Of a stretch of 64,000 nt of DNA, positions 57,380-64,000 are shown piece by piece. Each line of letters begins with the position of its first letter. Within the stretch, counting starts at the first letter, position 1. Source of the stretch: an uncultured Candidatus Saccharibacteria bacterium (lineage in GTDB: Bacteria; Patescibacteriota; WWE3; UBA101185; UBA10185); NCBI GenBank assembly GCA_964510435.1, contig CAZEBU010000002.1, positions 81,080 through 145,079 of the forward strand, given 5' to 3'. Made by a program: the position numbers and the translations under genes. Below the pieces are notes generated by a model, which worked only from the letters and a program-made list of their open reading frames with translations, was not told where the DNA came from and did not search any database.

Positions 57380-58606
57380 TTATCTAGTTAGCACTAAAGC
57401 ACTAGGCAAACTCCTGCCGGGACCTACCACATATCTACCATCAATATACATGGCAGAAGAACCGCCGCCGTCTAAGTTTAGGGCATGCTTGGCACCCAAA
57501 GCTCTCATGGCATAGGCTGCCTCTTCCACCGTGGCGCTGGTGATTATTGCCAAATACAAATTTTCATTACCCATACCAAGTGCTCCACGTGTGCCCTTAA
57601 TTTTCTGATACGAGGTTAGATCGCCATCTTTGACCACGACTTCTCCGTTTTTTAACAATGATGGGTAATTTGACACCCCCGCATCCACGCTATCTCCACC
57701 ATATTCGTTGGATTTCTTATAAAATTTGAAGGAACTTCCCCTAAAGGTAAACAAGCCTGTTTTATTCCATGATAAGGCATCTTTGTTGATCCATTTTCCT
57801 CTGCTCGAATGATACAGGGCATAGTCAAAAGAGTTAACTTTACCGCCACAGGATGAATAGTCGGGTGGACAAAAGTATGCGCCGTTCATACCGGCAAATC
57901 CACCATTTTCACTAACATATTCGTGTAGAGGTTTTGTCGGGCAGTTATCAGAACAGTCTCCGGAAGAAGCCGCCACTGTTTTTACCCTCACCCCTGATAA
58001 AGCAACTTTGATCAAGTAAACTCCATGACTTCCCTTTTCCGTTTGTACGGTGATATAAGTATAACCAGAGGAAGGTGGTGGCGGAGGAGGCGGTAAAGTA
58101 GCCAGATATTTATCATATGATTCGTCCAACTTTGAATTCTCTTCCGCAATCTCCTCTACTAAACCCTCAAATTCCTGATCAATAATTTTTTGTCCCCATT
58201 TGTCTATACTACTTAAGCTTTCCTCTGTTTCTAAGCCAGAATTTTCATTTCTTTTTACTTTAGCTTCAAAATCACCGTAAAGTTCATAAACTTCATTGAC
58301 ATTGGCTACCAAACTTCCTTCGGGTGTATTTTTAAATAGTTCTATCTCCTCCTCCAAATTTGCTAGCTGGTTTTCTAAATTCTGAGCTTCCAAAAGAGCT
58401 AAATGCTCATTAAATAGTTCTTCGGATAAGTTTTCTTTAAAATTTTCCTGGGCCTCCTTAACTTGGCTGTAACTTAAACCCAGATTGCTTATCTCATTTT
58501 GCGAGCGCACAAACAGAAAGCTCAATAACAATATGGGTGCATAAATCAAAATGGCAGCGAAGACCACCGCATAGATGTGTTTTTTCCTAGGATGGGGCAG
58601 TTTCAT
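57380..58606 (-). CDS. Phosphodiester glycosidase (NAGPA/DUF2233) family protein
   Basis: TM helix, coiled coil, poly-Pro linker, GMNGAYF, ALNLDGGGSS. Confidence 0.85.
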   Translation of the reverse strand: MKLPHPRKKHIYAVVFAAILIYAPILLLSFLFVRSQNEISNLGLSYSQVKEAQENFKENLSEELFNEHLALLEAQNLENQLANLEEEIELFKNTPEGSLVANVNEVYELYGDFEAKVKRNENSGLETEESLSSIDKWGQKIIDQEFEGLVEEIAEENSKLDESYDKYLATLPPPPPPPSSGYTYITVQTEKGSHGVYLIKVALSGVRVKTVAASSGDCSDNCPTKPLHEYVSENGGFAGMNGAYFCPPDYSSCGGKVNSFDYALYHSSRGKWINKDALSWNKTGLFTFRGSSFKFYKKSNEYGGDSVDAGVSNYPSLLKNGEVVVKDGDLTSYQKIKGTRGALGMGNENLYLAIITSATVEEAAYAMRALGAKHALNLDGGGSSAMYIDGRYVVGPGRSLPSALVLTR

Positions 58607-58733
58607 ACTTTTGTTAATGATATGTTAAATTTAGGCTTTTTAAAAGAAAGAGCCTGTTTAACGCTGGTAAGCTCATTTTCAAAAAAACCCAACATGTCGT
58701 ATAATCCCTAGGACAACACATCGCATAAATAAA

Positions 58734-59075
58734 ATGCCAAAGGAGAAGACTGTGAATGGAACTACCGATGCCTTGTATAAATGTGGTGAAAGCCTTCAGG
58801 TTGCCAAGGAGGACAAAGAATTTCGTGAGGTTATTGAGTGTTACCAGGAAGTCCTAGACAATGCGGAGGACGCCAGGGGAAAACTCAATGTTCTCATGAT
58901 GATGTGCCAGACCTACCTTAGGCTGAAAGATTTTGCTAAGTCAGATTACACAACTACACTGAGTCTTCTGGGTAAGTGTGCGGTCTTGGCTTCAGAAAGC
59001 GGTAATCATAAAAACCGTGCCTTAGTGTTGCAGATGAGAAGGTACTGCAAACAACGTGAGCACGAGACTGTGTAG
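58734..59075 (+). CDS. Small helical (TPR-like) hypothetical protein
   Basis: 113-aa ORF with upstream TATAAT and downstream terminator. Confidence 0.6.
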   Translation: MPKEKTVNGTTDALYKCGESLQVAKEDKEFREVIECYQEVLDNAEDARGKLNVLMMMCQTYLRLKDFAKSDYTTTLSLLGKCAVLASESGNHKNRALVLQMRRYCKQREHETV

Positions 59076-59092
59076 GAAGAAACCTTCCAACT

Positions 59093-59129
59093 AGAACTCT
59101 ATCAAATTCTCCTGATAGGGTTCTTTTTT
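59093..59129 (+). terminator. Intrinsic terminator
   Basis: AGAACTCTATCA...TGATAGGGTTCT followed by T-tract. Confidence 0.75.
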
Positions 59130-59170
59130 GTGACGAGCTAGTTAATAGCACGTTTTACTTCCTATAATAT

Positions 59171-60940
59171 ATGTGCGGTATATTCGGATACGTTTCTAAA
59201 ACAAAAACTGACACTTTCGAAGTTATCCACAAGGGTTTAAAAAGGCTAGAATACCGAGGTTACGACTCCTGGGGTATATCCTTGCTGGATGAAAAAATCA
59301 TAAAAACATACAAGACAACTAATGATCTCTCGGAAAATCCCCAATTTACCACACCTAAAGTAAAAATCGGCATGGGACACACTCGATGGGCCACTCATGG
59401 AGGTGTAACAAAAAATAACGCACACCCGCACTCTTCATCTGACGGTTCTTTCGTTTTAGCTCAAAACGGTATTGTGGAAAACTATAGGCAGTTAAAGGAT
59501 TTTCTCACTAAAGAGGGGTACGAGTTTTCGACCCAAACAGATACAGAGGTTATTGTAAAGCTTATTGAGTACTATCTAAAAAAGATGAAGGGTTTCGAAA
59601 AAGCGGTTGTCTCTGCCTTTAAAAAACTTAAAGGCCGTAATACTATCATCATCTTGACCAATGAAAACAAGATCATAGCCATAAAAAACGGGTCTCCACT
59701 TACCGTTGGCCTAAAAAAAGGCGAATGGTTTTTTTCTTCCGACACCTTGTCATTCTCCGACAAAACTAAGCGGGCCATTATTTTAGAGGACGGGCAGATG
59801 GTTATTTTTGATGATTCAGGATTAATTATTAAAGATTTGGCATCTCAAAAAGTTGTCCACAAGAACACTACTGATCTTTCGTACCAACAAGACAAAATTG
59901 ATAAAGAGGGGTTTGACCATTTTATGCTCAAAGAAATAGTCGAACAGAAAAACGCCATTCTTGATTCTACAAATTATTCTCTCAACGAATTAAAACCGCT
60001 TATTGATCTTATTAAGAAAAGTGAAAAGGTTTATACCGTAGGTGCGGGAACCGCTAGCTTTGCTGCCGGTCAAGTTGCATATTTACTAAGGAAAATTGCC
60101 CAAGTACCTGCAGTAGAACTTAAAGCTTACGAAGTCGAGAGCTACCAAGATATTTTTAATAATAACTCGGTCTTGATTGCCTTAAGCCAAAGCGGGGAAA
60201 CCGCTGACACTCTTGAGGTTATTACATTAGCCAAAAAGAAAAAAACTAAAATCGTTTCTTTAGTAAACATGATGGGGTCCACCATATCCAGAGGATCAGA
60301 TCTACCATATTTTCTCAGAGTTGGTCCGGAAATATGCGTGGTTTCCACTAAAGCCTTTACGGGAAAAATTGCTTGGGGTTATTTATTGGCAAATGCCTTA
60401 ATGAGAAATTACTCTGATGCTAAGGAAAACTTGGCAGAAACTTCGAAGAAGCTGGATAAATTTCTAAAACCCGACTTTTTTAAAAATATAGAAACTCTAT
60501 CTAAAAAGTTAATTAAAAAGGAACACATTTTTATTCTTGGTAGGGGCCAAAACTATTACATCGCTCAGGAAGGGGCCTTAAAAATCAAAGAAACTTCCTA
60601 TAAACACGCTGAGGCTTTTTCCGCCGGTGAGCTGAAACATGGAGTCATCGCTCTGGTAGAAAAGGGTGTTCCTGTAATTTGCGTAGTTTCAGAGGATGAG
60701 GAAAAAGACACTATGCTAAATGCTGCCTACGAGGTTAAAGCTAGAGATGGAGAAATTATAGGTATTGCTAATAAAGACAACAAGGTATTTGATACTTTCA
60801 TCAAAACTCCCAATGGCAAAGCCTTAGATTTTTTAGTCAATGTTATTCCGTTTCAGTTGATGGGTTACTATATGGGACTATTACAGGGATTTGATCCTGA
60901 TAAACCGAGGAATTTGGCTAAGAGTGTTACCGTGAAATAA
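59171..60940 (+). CDS. glmS: Glutamine-fructose-6-phosphate aminotransferase
   Basis: MCGIFG, HTRWATHG, SQSGETADT, GELKHG, PRNLAKSVTV. Confidence 0.98.
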   Translation: MCGIFGYVSKTKTDTFEVIHKGLKRLEYRGYDSWGISLLDEKIIKTYKTTNDLSENPQFTTPKVKIGMGHTRWATHGGVTKNNAHPHSSSDGSFVLAQNGIVENYRQLKDFLTKEGYEFSTQTDTEVIVKLIEYYLKKMKGFEKAVVSAFKKLKGRNTIIILTNENKIIAIKNGSPLTVGLKKGEWFFSSDTLSFSDKTKRAIILEDGQMVIFDDSGLIIKDLASQKVVHKNTTDLSYQQDKIDKEGFDHFMLKEIVEQKNAILDSTNYSLNELKPLIDLIKKSEKVYTVGAGTASFAAGQVAYLLRKIAQVPAVELKAYEVESYQDIFNNNSVLIALSQSGETADTLEVITLAKKKKTKIVSLVNMMGSTISRGSDLPYFLRVGPEICVVSTKAFTGKIAWGYLLANALMRNYSDAKENLAETSKKLDKFLKPDFFKNIETLSKKLIKKEHIFILGRGQNYYIAQEGALKIKETSYKHAEAFSAGELKHGVIALVEKGVPVICVVSEDEEKDTMLNAAYEVKARDGEIIGIANKDNKVFDTFIKTPNGKALDFLVNVIPFQLMGYYMGLLQGFDPDKPRNLAKSVTVK

Positions 60941-60947
60941 AAATAGA

Positions 60948-61435
60948 GAAAAAAAGAACCCGTGGTCTGCGTCTCAAGCTGGCACGAAGCCTACTCAAGC
61001 GTATAGCAGAACACGGGTCGGTTGTTGTGGTGCTGGTTTGAAGACACCCACGAATAATGCTGAAAACTGAGATTCAGCAAGATCCCGGAGCTAAGTGGAT
61101 GCAAAATTTCTTGTTTATGCAACCGCAACCGCGGAGCGATCGCGCAAGAAATCTTTCATTCTCTCCAGCACAAAAAAAGCCTCCCCACAAAGTAAGTGTG
61201 CTTCCGGCGCACCTTCGTGTTTTAGCATGGCACCCCTCAATGGGGCGGACCTTTGATCCCAAGGCTACCTTCCTCCAAATCCCTTACGGGATCCCACGAT
61301 CGGAACTATGCTCGTTGGTTTTCACCAACTTGAATAGCCTGGATTGGGTATTTCTCAGTCGTGCCTCTGCCGATTTTTTCCTTTCTCAATTTTTAAGATT
61401 CGTTTACTTCATTTGATTGGTGTAAGACGAAATGT
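60948..61435 (-). ncRNA. Unidentified large structured non-coding RNA candidate (~490 nt)
   Basis: TTGACA, 17 nt, TATAAA (61471-61443); many stems, two GNRA tetraloops, terminal stem plus U7; no credible ORF. Confidence 0.6.
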
Positions 61436-61512
61436 AACGCAATTTATATACCATAATGTCAATTCTGTCAACCTATAGTGAGAAGGGTAGGTAAGATAGA
61501 GTTACAATAAAA

Positions 61513-62355
61513 TTATTTACCGGGTACCAGCAACAGATCAACATAATCATTTTTCCCGTTTTCCGGTATATTCTTTTTAACCACATCTTCCACATTCGTT
61601 TTAACAGTTTTCCTTTTGACCTTATTGATCACTTCAATGGTGTAGCCAAGATCTGCAAAAAACCGCAGTAATTCCTTAGGTTTGACATTCCATTCCTTCA
61701 TACCATAAGGCCAGAACTCCATCAAAACAATTGGGCGGCTCCTCTTGATCAACTTCTTGCCGCCCATAAAAACCAAACCCTCAGAACCCTGCGTGTCAAT
61801 TTTGATCAGATCGATCTTGTCCAACATGCCCATTTCACCAAAATGTTCATCAAGTGTCATAGCTTCAACTTCCAGATAAGAATTTCCTCTGTAAGTGTTG
61901 TTTTTAGAAAAAGAATGCCCGCCCACATTTACTTCGTCTAAATAAAGTTTTTGCTTGCCCTTTTTATCTGATAAAGCACGAGGATACAAAGTTACGTTAT
62001 CCTGTTTAAGATCTGCTAACCTGCCCTGCAAAACTTTGTGGGTACTTGGCTCAGGTTCAAAGGAGAAAACCCTCCCGGATGGAGAAACCTTTTTGCTTGC
62101 TTCCACGGTATACAAACCAAGATTAGCGCCAATATCTACTACCCTCATACCCGGCTCAAGCAGTTCTTCAAAAAGTCTGAACTCAAAACTTTCACTTAGC
62201 CTTTGGAAAAAAATGACGATCTTAAAGATCAAGCTTCTATGCTTATATTTGTATGTCAATGATGAAAAAGGAGAAATTATCGGAAAATCCCACACCTCGT
62301 GGGTTGTTGCGAACCTGGTAAATTTTTCGGACAATTTTGCGTAAGTCTTTCTCAT
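61513..62355 (-). CDS. FkbM-family methyltransferase
   Basis: VDIGANLGLY, SFEPEP, LIKIDTQGSE. Confidence 0.92.
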   Translation of the reverse strand: MRKTYAKLSEKFTRFATTHEVWDFPIISPFSSLTYKYKHRSLIFKIVIFFQRLSESFEFRLFEELLEPGMRVVDIGANLGLYTVEASKKVSPSGRVFSFEPEPSTHKVLQGRLADLKQDNVTLYPRALSDKKGKQKLYLDEVNVGGHSFSKNNTYRGNSYLEVEAMTLDEHFGEMGMLDKIDLIKIDTQGSEGLVFMGGKKLIKRSRPIVLMEFWPYGMKEWNVKPKELLRFFADLGYTIEVINKVKRKTVKTNVEDVVKKNIPENGKNDYVDLLLVPGK

Positions 62356-62408
62356 AAATCATTCTTAAATGACTCATTATATCACCCACTTAAAATAACA
62401 ACCCATAA

Positions 62409-63002
62409 ATGTATAATGAATTAATGTTTATGGACATAGGTCTTAGCCTTATTTATGCGGTTTTAATTTCCAACTTTTTCCATTTAGATCTAAATTTAAC
62501 CATAATACTGCTTAGTGTTGTTTTTGGTTTGTTGCCGGATCTTGATGTCTCAGTGGAAATATTTCAGGAGGGCATGTTGAAAGGTAACGGAGACAGATTT
62601 CATAGGACATTAACTCACTTTCCCATCTTATATATCCCCATAATACCGGTGGTTTTCTTTAAATATGGAGGTTTTTGGGGTGCTTTATTTACCGTAAACA
62701 TCATCTCTCACTTTCTACACGATTCTGTGGGTTCCGGATGGGGCTTAAAGTGGCTTTGGCCTTTTTCGAAAAGATCTTATAAAATTTTCTCAAATCCTAT
62801 TCACGGCAAATTATCCAGAAACTTTATTGTTTCCTGGAGTCAGGAAGAACTTAAAATTTCCATCGAAAAATACGGTGACAAGAACTGGGTGAAAAACCTC
62901 TATCTTACCTTTAGCAACACTTTAATTTTGGAACTAATCGTTCTCTTTACAGGGATAATAGTTTTAATAGCTACTGTATTAATTAAAGGGTATAGTCTTT
63001 AA
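62409..63002 (+). CDS. YdjM-like membrane metal-dependent hydrolase
   Basis: LLPDLD, HRTLTH, SHFLHD, GLKWLWPF. Confidence 0.85.
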   Translation: MYNELMFMDIGLSLIYAVLISNFFHLDLNLTIILLSVVFGLLPDLDVSVEIFQEGMLKGNGDRFHRTLTHFPILYIPIIPVVFFKYGGFWGALFTVNIISHFLHDSVGSGWGLKWLWPFSKRSYKIFSNPIHGKLSRNFIVSWSQEELKISIEKYGDKNWVKNLYLTFSNTLILELIVLFTGIIVLIATVLIKGYSL

Positions 63003-63093
63003 AAACCTATAGCTTTGACTAGGAAGGGTGTTGGCATTATAATTACGCAAAGCATTCCACCAAAATTATTATCGACTCAACAAAGGAGGCATC

Positions 63094-63762
63094 ATGCAGT
63101 ATAAAAATGATCTCTTGGATTTCAATGAGCTCATTGAAAAAGGAGAAAAGGTACGGGAGATTATAGGAGATTCGAAGGCAGCCATCTCGGAGTTCGTACT
63201 GGCTTACAATTTTGCTACAAGCAATGAGCAAAGGTCTACGGCACTAAGGCAGATCGGGTTGTGCGAAGAACATCTAGGCAACATGGATCGTGCTCTGAAA
63301 TACTACCACGATGCTCTGGAGGAAGGTCAGTCGGCTGAACCCCGAGACGAAGCCTCCATGGCTAGAGCCCTAAGACACATTTCTTCCGTGAAGCGTAAGC
63401 AAGGTCTTTACGACGAAGCAATTGAAAAAGCCATACTTGCTTGGAGCCACATGAATAGTGTGAGGCCTCCACCTACGGACATTGTCTGGGTGACGCATGG
63501 CGTGGTTCAAGTTTTAGTCGAAGCGGGAAAGGGCCGGGATGAGATCAAGCGCTGGTTAAAGAGGGAGTCGTCCCATATTCTCTACATGCTTCGAAACGAA
63601 GCAAATGACATCCGTCGCTGGGTTTGGTTTTCCGGCTGGCTCATGGACCTGCATAAAGTATACGGTGCGATTGCCTGGCCTGCCAAAGCTCTTGCTTACC
63701 GAATCTCCAAAAAGGCAGAGTTAACAATCAGGCAAGAGCAAATAGAAGGAAAGCGTCTGTAA
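63094..63762 (+). CDS. Tetratricopeptide-repeat protein
   Basis: ALRQIGLCEEHLGNMDRALKYYHDAL; AAGGAGG upstream of the ATG. Confidence 0.8.
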   Translation: MQYKNDLLDFNELIEKGEKVREIIGDSKAAISEFVLAYNFATSNEQRSTALRQIGLCEEHLGNMDRALKYYHDALEEGQSAEPRDEASMARALRHISSVKRKQGLYDEAIEKAILAWSHMNSVRPPPTDIVWVTHGVVQVLVEAGKGRDEIKRWLKRESSHILYMLRNEANDIRRWVWFSGWLMDLHKVYGAIAWPAKALAYRISKKAELTIRQEQIEGKRL

Positions 63763-63769
63763 ACACTTA

Positions 63770-63803
63770 AAGCCCTGTTAATCTCCCAAACGGGGCTTTT
63801 TTT
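63770..63803 (+). terminator. Intrinsic terminator
   Basis: AAGCCCTGTT...AACGGGGCTT followed by T-tract. Confidence 0.8.
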
Positions 63804-64000
63804 CTTGGCGTTTTCTTGGTGACCCTAGTGTCTGAAAAGTGGAACACTCTTATACCATCAATAATTAAAATATCCAAGCTGGTTAGTGTTCACAATACTA
63901 ACACATCCTTATCGCACCAATAGAGGAGATATCTGTGTGGTATTAATACCCAGTAAGTAAATAAACACATGAGAAGATAAATCGGAATAGATAAATAGCG

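Noticed and set aside
58074-58094. GGN repeat as a contingency locus
   Set aside because: Encodes a poly-proline linker using mixed codons
59130-59170. glmS ribozyme
   Set aside because: Only about 40 nt between the upstream terminator and the ATG, with no conserved core
61181-61188. Third copy of the att core (CTCCCCAC)
   Set aside because: Lacks the flanking arms; a lone 8-mer is expected by chance in 64 kb
61057-61416. 119-aa plus-strand and 62-aa minus-strand ORFs
   Set aside because: No recognisable motif or RBS; the region is better explained by RNA structure
447-63231. Numerous short ORFs antisense to or nested in recognised genes
   Set aside because: Shadow frames of well-supported genes with no motifs or start signals
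63804-64000. Partial gene at the window end
   Set aside because: Frame and identity cannot be determined
1-64000. CRISPR arrays, rRNA, tRNA, IS transposases, genetic code 25
   Set aside because: None seen by eye; TGA terminates rpmJ, rpoA and pnp, so code 11 applies

Overview
Bacterial chromosomal DNA in genetic code 11 (TGA is used as stop). The gene set points to a reduced-genome Patescibacteria/CPR organism (inference from the short IF2, archaeal-type AspRS and compact operons). It is mostly housekeeping: the end of the ribosomal superoperon (infA-rpmJ-rpsM-rpsK-rpsD-rpoA-rplQ-rplM-rpsI), prfB, ftsK, rnj, pnp, rpsO, infB, nusA, dnaJ, hup, ymdB, rny, recX, recA, gltX, aspS, recJ, secDF, greA, lysS and glmS. 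The main accessory feature is a ~6.5 kb integrated element (5203-11693). It splits a TasA/SipW-signal-peptide-type gene at an 8-bp GTGGGGAG core, and excision would restore a 193-aa ORF. The reconstructed attP is dyad-symmetric around a GT dinucleotide and lies inside the 3' end of a truncated serine recombinase gene. The element carries a BglII/BstYI-like R-M pair, an amber-interrupted replication gene, and a putative BECR-fold nuclease facing an unannotated ~90-nt three-way-junction small RNA with its own promoter and terminator. Outside the element there is an orphan ~490-nt highly structured intergenic RNA candidate (60948-61435, minus strand), a recurring leaderless-mRNA promoter layout, a LysRS-HD fusion, a protease-less Lon and a membrane-anchored Clp ATPase. 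All calls were made by eye and no searches were run.
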